From NCBI GenBank assembly GCA_963693365.1, contig CAVNZM010000009.1, forward strand, positions 7,036,171 through 7,100,170: a DNA stretch of 64,000 nt, given 5' to 3'. Position 1 is the stretch's first letter. Every line of letters starts with the position of its first letter. Below the pieces are notes generated by a model, which saw only the letters and a list, made by a program, of their open reading frames with translations, had not been told where the DNA came from and made no database searches. Below, in pieces: positions 1 through 11,600 of this stretch. This DNA comes from Amoebidium appalachense (lineage: Eukaryota; Protista; Ichthyosporea). The translations under genes were made by a program, and so were the position numbers.

Positions 1-282
1 GGGGGGGGATGGGTGTGTGTGTGTTGGGGGGGGGGGGGGGGAGATTGAGTGGGGGTGGGTGGGTGGGGGGGTTTGGGGGGGAGGGGGAGAGGGGGTGTTT
101 GTGAGAGAGGGGGGGGGGGGGGGGGGGGGGGGAGAGGGGGCAGGCGTGTCCTTTTTTTGTTTTGTTTTGCTTGTATTTGAACCTCCTCGGTGTAGCCGAG
201 CATACTCCTGCTTTCTCTTTCTGACCCCCTCTGTCCGACCATGTTAGAAGTTGTTGTACTGACAACCTGCTTCCCCCTCCCT

Positions 283-350
<68 letters not shown>

Positions 351-568
351 ACCCCCTCCCCGCCCCCCGCCCACACACACACACACACACATCCCCTCCT
401 TTCTGCCTTTACGTCTTTTCTGCAGCCCGCGCACACGGACACATACAAATACACACACGCCAGCACACGAACACGAACACACACACACACACACACACAC
501 ATACTCACACACACTCACACACACACGTACACGTACACACACACGTACATACACACTTACGCACACAG

Positions 569-697
569 AGGGGCTGGAAGATGTCCGGGGGCGCCTTCCA
601 GTTCACGGCACCCCCTAAGGCCACCAACGAGATTCCTGCGGCCAAACTGATTGCACAGACCATGAGCTATGCACGTGAACTCGAAAAGATCGTGTAA
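569..697 (+). CDS. PSMD8: 26S proteasome lid subunit Rpn12/PSMD8, terminal coding exon (gene starts upstream of the window)
   Basis: After the ...cacacag acceptor (AG 567-568) the frame reads RGWKMSGGAFQFTAPPKATNEIPAAKLIAQTMSYARELEKIV*. This matches the Rpn12 C-terminus pattern (RGW...IP...L....YARxLExIV). Not in the ORF track. Confidence 0.85.
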   Translation, partial: RGWKMSGGAFQFTAPPKATNEIPAAKLIAQTMSYARELEKIV

Positions 698-883
698 ACC
701 CCCCCCCCCCCCCCCGAAAAGTAGGGGGAAAAGAGAGAAAAAGGAATAATGGTAATAAAAGTTTTTTGTATCAAAAGATCGAAACGTTAGTGAAGAAAGG
801 GGCCCCGTCCTTTCCCCTCCCCTTCCCCTGCTTCCCTTTCCCCCACTTCACGCTCATGTGCACACACACACACACACGCACAC

Positions 884-967
<84 letters not shown>

Positions 968-1113
968 AGCAAAGCTGTTAGAGCACACAGAACCACACCA
1001 ACACCACTAATATCAGTTGACGATACCGGTGTGACGCCGTCCGTGACTAATTAGCACATGAACCCCGCTTCACGCTTTAAGATTTTGTCACGTTGGAACA
1101 GTTGCTTTATGGG

Positions 1114-1155
<42 letters not shown>

Positions 1156-1280
1156 CGTGTGTATGTGTGTATGTGTGTGTGTGTACGCACCTGTGGACAG
1201 TTGTCACTACCACTGGCGGCACGGTGTGTGCGCACCACACACATGCACACGTGTGTGTGTATGTACATGTGTGTGTGTGT

Positions 1281-1312
<32 letters not shown>

Positions 1313-1780
1313 GGACGGCGGATCTCGAGGGTCTCAGGGCGTGAGCCTGGCCGGGAACCGAGCAAAGGAGGGAAAGAAATCGATGAAATATAGAGAGGGA
1401 CTCACACAGAGAATGTAAGAGAGAAAGGATAAATAGCTATAGAGAGAGAGAGAGAGGGAGAGGGAGGCCGCGGGGAGGGAGGGGAGGGCGGGTGGGAAGA
1501 GGGAGAGACAGAGAGAGAGAGAGAGTGTGTGTGTGTGTGTGTGTGTGTGTGAGAAAGAGTGAGTGAAAAAGAAAGAGAGAGCTGCTAGCCTCGATGCGAA
1601 ATATCATAGGCTTTCAGAGCGAGGGCCTGTGTGTGAGAGAGAGAGAGAGGGGGGAGAGAGAGAGAGCAGAGAGAGAGAGAGAGGGAGGGAGTGAGAGGAG
1701 GAGAGGGAGTCAAGGAGGGAGGGGAAGATGGATGGAGGGTGAGATCCGGGGGAAAGAGTGTGTGTTTTGTGTGTGTGTGT

Positions 1781-1813
<33 letters not shown>

Positions 1814-2550
1814 CTGTAAATTAGCCTGTAATGAGGTACCTAGGCACGTGCATAATGTATCGGCACGTACGCATATGATATCGGTGTATGATCAACAGAC
1901 AGAAGAAAACAAGCCTCTAGATGTGTGGAGGAATTTTTGAAATATTTGAAATCAAGTGCAGGGAGCCAATAGTTGTGACCCCATGAAACGGCCTTCGTGA
2001 TTGGTTCGTTATCAATTTGCCCACTGGCCTTGGCCCTTGGGAAGTTGGAGCCTTGTAGGCTAAGTTTGAGTTTGAAAGGCCTGAAACTCACTTTTCGTAC
2101 TTTTTTACTCGTGCAACTATACTATATCTATCTGATAGGGCTTTAGCCCATTTGTTATAACTTTTTGCTGCTTTCTACTATTCAGAACTCTTGATAACTT
2201 GCACTGGACACCGAACGGCGATGTACGTGTGCGTTCCTAGGATTTGATTGGTAGATTAAAAAATCTTCTATTCCAGCCCGCCACCAGTCCCGCCACCACG
2301 GCCCCAAGGGTTGGGGCGTTGCAATAGGGGACTTGGCCAACGCTTTTAACCAAAAGCAAGCCCTCGCATGGATATAATTTATCTAAAATTAACCGCCATT
2401 TCAATATACTATAAGTGCTTTTCTCACATTATTATTTTGAGGTTAGGAAAAAAAAGGAAAGAGATAGTCTATTCCGCTCCTGGAATGCGGGCAGACGAGC
2501 TCATAGACCCGGCAAATCGCCGCTCGGCAAATCCGATCGGCTCTTCGTTT

Positions 2551-2609
2551 TGATTGGCTCGATCGTTTTATGGCGCTGACTCATTGAGCCACTCCTGAGA
2601 AGTATAAAA
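2551..2609 (+). promoter_or_regulatory. Putative promoter of POT transporter 1: reverse CCAAT box, AP-1/Gcn4-type TGACTCA, TATA box
   Basis: TGATTGG 2551-2557, TGACTCA 2577-2583 and TATAAAA 2603-2609, about 150 bp upstream of the ATG at 2759. Confidence 0.45.
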
Positions 2610-2758
2610 CCAGGTTCCCATAAACTTTCTCCATCATTTTTGCGCGGTGGCGACACAGTGTACTACGCATACGCCCACACGATCAGACCGCAGCGAAGCA
2701 AACGACGAAGGATTGGTGTTTCTGTGTGTCCAAAGGACGTTAAAAGACGAAAGAAAAC

Positions 2759-4525
2759 ATGGGGAACAAGCTTTGGACAGTATGCATCTTCATCCTTGTG
2801 GTGGAGATGATGGAAAGACTCACCTACTACACATTCAGTGGGTCCCAACGCACCCACCTTGCAAAGTGGTTCCCTTCGGCCCAAGCAATCTCTATCAACT
2901 CTGCATTTACTGTACTTTCCTACTTCACACCCATCGTCGGAGGGTGGCTTGCAGACGCAAAGTTTGGACGCTTTAAAACCATTGTTGGGTTTGTTATCAT
3001 CTACTGTATCGGTGTGACTCTCTCCTCCATCTCCGCCTATCCCTCCATAGACAGCAAAGAAATGTACCTTATCGGTGTGTTTGCGTTTGTTGCCGTGGGC
3101 TCCGGAGGTATCAAGCCAAACATCAGTTCCTTCGGTGGTGACCAGTACGACACGTCAGACCCCGAGGAGGCTAGACAACAAGAACAATTCTTCTCCTACT
3201 TCTACATGATGGTGAACGCCGGTGCGGCCGTCTCCTTTGGCTACCTCGTTACCCTTGCCACCTCCGGCCAGGAACCCGCTATCCCACAGGAATACGGGTA
3301 CTTTTCTGCGTACATGATCGCTGCCGTGTGTATGTTTATCGCTCTTGTGATTTTCATCGCTGGCTCAAGCCGCTACATCAAAAAGGCACCTGGCGGGGAC
3401 TCTCTCCGCGGCGGCATGTATTACGTTTGGGAGTCGGCAAAGAGAAACACCCGCGGAAAAATCGCGCTTTTCGGGTGGATAGTTGCCGTTGTTTTCCTCG
3501 TTTTTGCCATCGCGACCGCGTTCATCGCCAAAGCAGACGCCATTTCCTACGCTTCTCTTGCGCTCGCTTTCTCCGCTGTTTCTTGCCTCGTTTTTGCCCA
3601 CGCCGACAACAGTTTTATGGACGGAATTCCAGACCACCCCGAGGGGCTTCTATCCCTACAGGAGGCCCAGGATTTTTTGGCTATCGTCCCTACAATTCTG
3701 GTCACCAACGTGTGTTTTATGATCGTTTACAACATGATGGCCGGCCCATTTGTCGTGCAGTCGTGCCAAATGAACCTTAAAATCGGCGGCTCCCAGCTCA
3801 ACGGCGCTTTCCTTAACCTCGGAGACTGTCTCGCCATCGTCATTTTCACGCCAATTCTCGAACAATTCGTTTTCCCTTTCGTTGCAAGGATTAAGGGCTC
3901 CGCCGTCACGCGCAACCAAAAACTAATTTCTGGGTTTTTGGTCGCGGCTACGTCTATGGCTGTCGCAACGGGAATTGAATTTGCACGGAAAAGCGCACCG
4001 ATATTCGATATCGCCGCCGACCCGAACAACATTTCCAACTGTGCCGGTGACCCGCTTCGCAACCCCATCCCTATGAGCGACATCACTGCTTTCGTTATGT
4101 TTATCCCCTTTGCGTTGGTTGGGATTGCCGAAATTCTTATAAACCCCCTCATGATCTACTTCAGTTACGATCAGGTTCCCCCCCGCGCCCGCTCTCTCGC
4201 ACAGGCGTTTAACGTTCTTTCTTCCGGTGCGCTTTCTAGCGGGTTTACGTCGTGTCTAACACGTGTTTTGGGACCTTATCTAGGTGCGGGCGACGATTTG
4301 AACAACGGCGGAAAGGTGGAGATTTTTTACTATCTCGGATTTGCGATTTCTTTAATCGGAATTCCGATGGTTCTGTTGGTTAGCCGCAGCTTTAAACAAA
4401 AGGACTTTACTACTTACTATAGCGCACCGGCGTCGCCTGCTATTATGGATGGTTTGGCTGAATCGTCCATGTCGAAGAAGGAGCCGCTGTCTCTGCCCGA
4501 AGGGAATAATGTGTCTGATTGCTGA
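2759..4525 (+). CDS. Proton-dependent oligopeptide transporter (POT/PTR2/SLC15 family, MFS), intronless, 588 aa
   Basis: ExxER motif (VVEMMERLTYY), GGWLADAKFGRFKTI, GSGGIKPNISSFGGDQY, FFSYFYMMVNAG and multiple hydrophobic TM segments in one uninterrupted ORF. Confidence 0.93.
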   Translation: MGNKLWTVCIFILVVEMMERLTYYTFSGSQRTHLAKWFPSAQAISINSAFTVLSYFTPIVGGWLADAKFGRFKTIVGFVIIYCIGVTLSSISAYPSIDSKEMYLIGVFAFVAVGSGGIKPNISSFGGDQYDTSDPEEARQQEQFFSYFYMMVNAGAAVSFGYLVTLATSGQEPAIPQEYGYFSAYMIAAVCMFIALVIFIAGSSRYIKKAPGGDSLRGGMYYVWESAKRNTRGKIALFGWIVAVVFLVFAIATAFIAKADAISYASLALAFSAVSCLVFAHADNSFMDGIPDHPEGLLSLQEAQDFLAIVPTILVTNVCFMIVYNMMAGPFVVQSCQMNLKIGGSQLNGAFLNLGDCLAIVIFTPILEQFVFPFVARIKGSAVTRNQKLISGFLVAATSMAVATGIEFARKSAPIFDIAADPNNISNCAGDPLRNPIPMSDITAFVMFIPFALVGIAEILINPLMIYFSYDQVPPRARSLAQAFNVLSSGALSSGFTSCLTRVLGPYLGAGDDLNNGGKVEIFYYLGFAISLIGIPMVLLVSRSFKQKDFTTYYSAPASPAIMDGLAESSMSKKEPLSLPEGNNVSDC

Positions 4526-7162
4526 AAAGAAAAACTTTCACTGTTACTGGATATATAAGGAAAGATTTAAAAATTTACACTGGATATATAAGGTATGATT
4601 TAAAAAGTTGTTAAAGTTGCGTGAATGGAAAGTTTTAGAATAATGAGTCCCGTATGGTCCGTATGCACTGCTCCCAATGATGTACAGGTGATTAGTGTGA
4701 CATTAGGGCATGTGCGCAAATTCATGAGATATTTTTAAAACTGAATATCTCGAAGGTTGAAATAGGGCTAAGCTCGACCCCTCACCGTTGATTGATGGTG
4801 TAAATCTACCCAATAATTCTTACGGTTTCATACTTGATCAATCAACACTGGCCCCACTCTATTGGCTGCCATGATATCTGCAAAATAAATTGCCGAATCC
4901 ATTATGACCTTGTTTGTACATGTGTCAAAAGGAAGATATAATTTAGCTCGAACACCTATTTGAGGGGGGAGAGAGATGGGGGGGATGGGTCAAAGATGGG
5001 CCGATTGCACAAAAAGGGAGAGAGTCACCTTTATGCCTGTCAGGAACAGAAGAAATCCGGGTGATTGGCTCCCCTCTACTCTTCCCTCATGGGGGGGGGG
5101 GGGGGGGGGGGAAGGGGGAGGGGGGGGGGAGGGGGGGGGGGGGACGGGAGAGGGGGGGGGGGGGGGGGGGGGGGGGCAATACTGGAAGATACAATGTTAT
5201 GATAGTGTAATCCCGCCTCTGGGAGTCCCGGCGGCTGCTCTCCCCCACCGTCCCCTTCCCCCCCCCCCCCCCCCTCCCCCCCCCCCCCCCCCTAACCAAC
5301 CAACCAACCAACCATCATCACCACCACCACTCCCAACCCCCCCCCCCCCTTCCCTCCTCCCCCCCCCCCAAACTCTCATCCTAACCCCCTCCCTCCCTCC
5401 CCCCCCCCCCCCCCCCGTTCCCCCCGGTTTTCCTCCAACCATCAACCGAATCCATTCACCCCAGCAGATTCTCAGAATTTTTCTTTTCCGTACTATCCAT
5501 CTTTAACTCACATCCCAGACCATTAAAAACTTACTAAGCCCTTTCAATCCCCCCCCCCCTGCCCCCTACCATCTCAAGGATTATTGCAACCTCCAATCAA
5601 CCCCCTTTCCGCTTCTACCCGCCCCCCCCCCCCCCCCCTTCCCCCCCTCCCCCCCCTACACACACACACACACACAAACACACCCCTCCCTTAGTGTTCA
5701 GTTTAAACCCCTCTACCTTTCTCCCCCACCTCATTCCCTTTCCTTTTACCAGCAATGTTGACTGAACCTTTCAGCCTCGAAATCTATGTTTCTTTATTTC
5801 TCTTTTGTTTTATTTGCTCTCAAAATCTCTAAACGTCTGCTAATTTAATGCGGCCAGCCCATTGGATATAGATCACAAGTACAAATGGCAAATGCGCAAC
5901 CTACCCTTCCAAACTACATCCATCCACCCTTTCTCCGGAAGTTGTGACACTTATCCCCCCTCCTCCTCCCCCCCCCCCCCCCCCCCCCCTTCCCCTTCCC
6001 CCCTCCAGCTCCCCCTCCCCCCCCCTCCCCTCTTCCCCCCCCCCCTCGCCCCTTCAACCGTTCCCCCCTTTCCCCTTCCCCCCTCCCTTCCACCAATTGG
6101 GCAGAATGTGGAGCCAGTCCGGCCGAGGTCATTAATCCCCTCCTTCCCCCCGCCCCCCCCCCCCCCCCCCCCCTCCATCTCCCCCTCCCCCCCCCCCCCC
6201 CTCCCCCCCCCCCCACCTTCCTTCAAACCCTTTCCCTCCCTCCCCCACCCACACCAACCCCCGTACCCTCCCCTTCCCCCTCCCTCCCCCCCCCCCCTTT
6301 GGTGGGAAACAAAGGGGAGGATGGGTGGAGTGATACCGCCAAAAAGAGAGGGAGTTGGGTCTAGGGTGAGGGAAGGGAAGGTGGAGGGGAAGTGTACGCG
6401 TGTGTGTGTGTGTCTGTGTAGCTTGTGTGCGAATGTGTGTGTGTGTGTGGGGGGGGGGGGGGGGAGGGGGGGGGGGGGGGGGGGGGGAAGGGGGGGGGGT
6501 TGGGGGGGGGGGGGTTTATGAGCGCTTTCCGCGGAGACCTGACCCCATTATTCCACCTCCCCACCTCCGTCCTTATACTCTTTCAGTCTCCCCTGGCTCT
6601 TCCTTCGTTCCCCTCAAACAATTGGACTACATTAGGTGCCTGGGTGGAATGGGACGGGAGAGGGGGAAAGGGGCCAGCGAGGCGGCGGGGAAGGGGGGGG
6701 GGGGGATTGAGGGAAGAGGGAGGGAAGAGGGGGGAGTGGGGGGAGGGGGGAGGTGGGGGGGGGGGGGGAAGGGAGGCGGGGAGGGAGGGGGGGGATGGGG
6801 GGTGGGAGGGGGGAGGGGGGATTTAAAGGTATCCGAGCAAGTAGGCCTTGAAGCTGTACCCAATCAACTGGCTTGGATTTGATAAGTTTGTCCAATGAGA
6901 TGGACTTTAGATATGGTGTTCCAATCAAACGCATTTGATGCTATGTGATATACGTGCACCTGATTATAATAAGCGTGAGATTAGGGATGGGTGGCCTGGG
7001 TGGGCGGGTGTGTGTGTGTGTGTGTGTGTGTCGGAGGGGGGGAGGGGGGGGGGGGGGGGGGGGGAAGGGGGGGAGAGGGGGGAGGGGAGTGTGTGTGTGT
7101 CTGGTTGGGTGTGTGCTTGGTGTGTGTGTGTGTGTGTGTGTGTGTGTGCATAGCACTGTGTA

Positions 7163-7255
<93 letters not shown>

Positions 7256-9469
7256 GTGTGTGCGTGCGTGTGCGTGTGTGTGTGTTTGTGTGTGTGTGTG
7301 TGCGCGCGCGCGCACGTGTGTGTGCGCGCACGTGTGTGTGTTAAGGGGTGGGAACCGGGGGGGGGGGGGGGAGGGCGGCGGAAGGGGCCGGGAGGGGGGG
7401 GGGGGGGGGGGGGGGGGGAGGGAGGGGGGGGGAGGGAGGGGGGGTAACGATCGTGGCCTTTGTTGTTTGTTGTTGGTGATAGTAAGAGATATATGTGACC
7501 GTTTTGGAGGCTCTCATATGGTGTCTCTTCCTGTCCGCCTGATTGGATGACAGTGCGCCGTGCGCTAGCCAATCAAAAACCTTCAACGCAAAACCCTGGG
7601 GCCAAATTACTGTTTATCTGATTGGTTGGCATCAAATCACCCTCTGCACTATAATCAATCAAATTCTATCAGGTCTAGATATAAATATCGGCCTTTTTCG
7701 GTGTGACGTCATATTGCCTTCAATTTTACTCAGTGAAGTGTTGACGTCACCAAGTGGATCACTCAAGCCAATAAAAAGCAAGTGCACTGGTTTCGTTTTT
7801 TTTTTTTACCATATATGGACATGTCCATAGCTTGGGGAAATGGAAATCACCAATGATTCGGAAGCGAATTCCGTGCATGCCATTGAGACATGCCGACTTC
7901 ATCGATTCGTTAAAGGGGGTTTCTTTTAGGCCGATTAATTGTCTCCATTCCAGCACATCCGGGTCAAGCCATTTGTTCAGCATATAAATCACGATATGAA
8001 CTGCAATTTTCTTTCTAACGCTTTATTCTTATTATTCCCTTCTTTAATTTATTTTTTCTCTTTTCTTTTTCTTTCTTGTTGTATTATGGCGGATTTGAAC
8101 CTTGCTGCGGGCAAAACGATGGTGCGCAGCTGATGCGCAGCACGCCAATCATATAGCTAGAATTCCCTCTGACCCGGCACGGCTCGAAAACCTAAAAGAA
8201 ACCCCCTTAAAAGATGAGGTTTCGATTCAATGGCTTTGCACTAAGGGCGTGCATTCAAAACCCACGCTCTGATTATTTTTACCATGACCATATTAACCTT
8301 CCCCCTCTTCTCCCCCCCATCCCCCTCCCCCCCCCCCCCCCCAAAAAAAATATATATATATAAAACCATTCGCTCTTTCTCAGCTTTCTTCGGGCAGTCT
8401 CTTTTCCATTCCTTTTCTCACTGTCTTCTTCTTCTTCTTCTTCACTTTGTTTTTGAGAAAGGGGGGGAGGGGGTGGGGGGGGGGGGGGGGGGGGGGGGGG
8501 AGTCGATATGCCCAGAAAGCCTGAAGCCCTTATAAGAGCCTGGGGGATGGAACAAAGAGATTACGCGCTTGACGGAAACTCAGAAATGATATATGATACT
8601 TAAGGGTTTGAGGTCATTACTTCCTATAACCACACCACAATTTCATTCACTAATGTGTGTAAATTCCCTTCAATCCCTTCTGTGGTCATGAAAACGCACT
8701 CGTTACCTCCTTCTCTCTCCTCTGCCCCAGCCCACCCCCTCTCCGGACCCCCCTTACCCCCCTGCCCCCCGTCCCCTCGTTTCCCGCCCTCCTCTCCCCA
8801 GCCCCCTCCCCTCCCCCCCCCCTCCCCCCCTCCCCCCAATCCCCTCCGTCCCCCCCCCCCCCCTCCCCCCCCTCCAATCCCCTCCGTCCCCCCCTCCCCC
8901 CCCCTAATCCCCCTTCTTCTCGTCCCCCTCTCCCCCTCCCTCCTTCTCACCCCCCCCCCCCCGTACACCCCCCAGGCCTCACCCCCTCTCCCACCCCCCC
9001 CCCCCCCCCCCCGCACAGCGCCTTTCCCTTTATCAACTTTTACTCTCCCCATCGGCACCGTGACCACGGCCAATTATGCCTTGTGCCTAATGACTGAGAA
9101 ATGGGGAGAGACTTTTGGCCCTTAAGCACATTCCACACATTCCTGTTGAGGCTCAGGAATGTGGAAGTCTTGAAGTTTCAATACATATACTATTAGGGCT
9201 ACTTTAAGTTATCGGTTCAAGTGGGAGCACAATGCCCACGTGTGTTCGGGGGGGGGGGGGGGGGGGGGGGAGCCAGGGGATGGGAGGAGAGAGAGGGAGA
9301 GAGAGAGGAAAAAAGGGAGGTGAAGGGAGGGATCTTCGAGAGAGGGAGGGGGAGGTGGTGGGGGAGGGAGGGCAAGGAGGCACCAACACGGTGCGTACTA
9401 TGCAAGCAGAGAGACCCTCCATCTCAGATCGTGGGCAGCTGTGTGCGTGTGTGCACATGCCGTGTGCCA

Positions 9470-9500
<31 letters not shown>

Positions 9501-9503
9501 TGT

Positions 9504-9546
<43 letters not shown>

Positions 9547-10196
9547 GATGTGTGCGCGCGCATGGCTGTATGCAGTTATGTCTGTGAGTGTGTCTGTAAT
9601 TAAGCTTGTGGTGGTTGCTTGTACGTACACGTGCATGCATGTCATATGTGTACGTGTGTGTAGGCCTATGTGTGTTTGTAGTTGTGTGTGCGGTTGCATG
9701 TACTTGTGCGTAGATGGAAGTGTTATGCATATTATTCGCGTTTGTGTACATGTATAGGGGGCCCCTGTGGTGCTGTGGTGGTGGTGGTGGTGGTGGCGGT
9801 GTGTGTGTGTGTGTGTGTGTGTGTGAAGGGGGGGGAGGGGGGGGGAGGGACGGCAGTCAACGTATACGTAGGGGGTGGAGGTGGAACGGTATTACTATAT
9901 TGGGTAAAGAACGCTACTTCCAGAAAGGAAAGACTTTATTATGTGCACGTGGCCATCCACAGCCACCCTTCCCCTATGCACACAGTGACTGAAGCTGCAG
10001 GTAGAAAGTCATAGAACGAGCGGGGGGAAAGGGGGGGCGAGGGGGGGGGGGGGAGGAGGGAGGGGGGAGTGGAGGGGGGGGGGGGGGGGGGGGGGGGGAG
10101 GAGGGGGGAGGGGGAGGGGCAATGTGCGGAAAGGAGGATATGTTTCGGAGCAAAGTAAGGGTGCACCTATCCCACTGTTGGGTGATTTGCGGGTGG

Positions 10197-10227
<31 letters not shown>

Positions 10228-10461
10228 GGGGGGGGGGGAGGGGGGGGAGGAGGGGGGGGGGGGGGGAAGGGGGGAGGAGGGGGGAAGGACTGGGGGGGGG
10301 GGGGGCCGGGGGAGGGGGGGAGGGGGGGGGGGGGGGGGGGGGGGGGCACTGCCTCAGTGAGCTGGCAAAGGGGCCGGAAGGAATAATTAGGGGAAGGCTA
10401 CGATTCAAATAGAAGTTTGTGCACAAAGGATTTGTAAGAGGGAGGGGGGGTGGGGCGGGCA

Positions 10462-10494
<33 letters not shown>

Positions 10495-10501
<7 letters not shown>

Positions 10502-10980
10502 AAATTATGTGTTCGAGGGGGAAGGGGAGAGGGGAGAGAGAAGTTACGTGTATGTGTGCGAGGTTGGAGGGGGGGGGGGGGGGGAGGTGCAGCATGACCG
10601 GGAAGGGGGGGGGAGGGGGGGGGGGAGGGAGGGGGAGAATTAAGTGTACCGAGTGTGTGTGGGGGGGGGGAGGGCAGAAATCTTTCAAGTGCACAATAGG
10701 GGTCGAGGGGGAGGCAGAAATCATTTGTGCAAAGGGAACGTGGGGAGGGGAGGAGGAAGAAATTGTGTACGAGGGGCGGGGGGGGCAGAAGGTATGTGTG
10801 CGAGGGGATGGGGGGAAGGAGGGGGGGGGAGGGGGCGAGAAAGTATGTGTCGGAAGGGAAGGGGGGTTAGGAGGTAGGAAGAATTGTGTATGAGGGGGAT
10901 TTGGCGGGGGGGGGATGGGGGTGCAGAACGTAACGACGGGGAAGGGGGGAGGGGGGCAGAAAGTATGTGTGCGAGGGGAA
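10495..10980 (+). repeat. Degenerate minisatellite: ~10 units of gcagaaa(g)tatgtgtgcgag separated by G-runs
   Basis: Recurrent variants: gcagaaattatgtgttcgag (10498), gcagaaggtatgtgtgcgag (10785), gagaaagtatgtgtcg (10837), gaagaattgtgtatgag (10878), gcagaaagtatgtgtgcgag (10956). Confidence 0.6.
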
Positions 10981-11109
10981 CGGATGGGTGGGAGTGTAGA
11001 AAATGCTCATGATATCTACAACGAAGTACACCGTCGTAACGAAAAACACATCATGAGGAACAATAATACGCATATTGCACACAAAAATGGTACACACGGG
11101 GAGAGAGAG

Positions 11110-11140
<31 letters not shown>

Positions 11141-11600
11141 GGGGAGAGAAGGGGGATGTTTTGCCAACAAAACCAACGACTCAAAAACCTTTGAGAGGCA
11201 GTATCAGGGGTTTATCTCATCTCAGACACGAACAATCACCACCACAACCCTCTATCCAAATTTGGGGGCGGGCCATATATATCCCAATCTATCCATTGTT
11301 ATTGTTATCTCGGTACAAACGATTGACATATCAATACTGGTAAAATCCACCAGAAAATTACGTTCAAATACATTTTTCTTAACCCGTCATGGACAGCTCA
11401 TCCATTATAGGGTTGAAGATGTTCACGAAGCTACGTGCCATACAGAAATTTCATAGAAAATCGCAGAAATTAATGATTACACTCGCCTCATATCATATCA
11501 AAGGAGCAAAACAGCAGGGCGACAAACAGAGGGCCAAGCGAGCGCCCTAATCAAACCAGTGATATTAATAGCTCCTTGGCCCTAAAAATATTAATATCGC

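Noticed and set aside
8600-9125. TTAAGGG...CCCTTAA-bounded possible MITE
   Set aside because: The inverted match is only ~3 bp beyond TTAA, which is insufficient.
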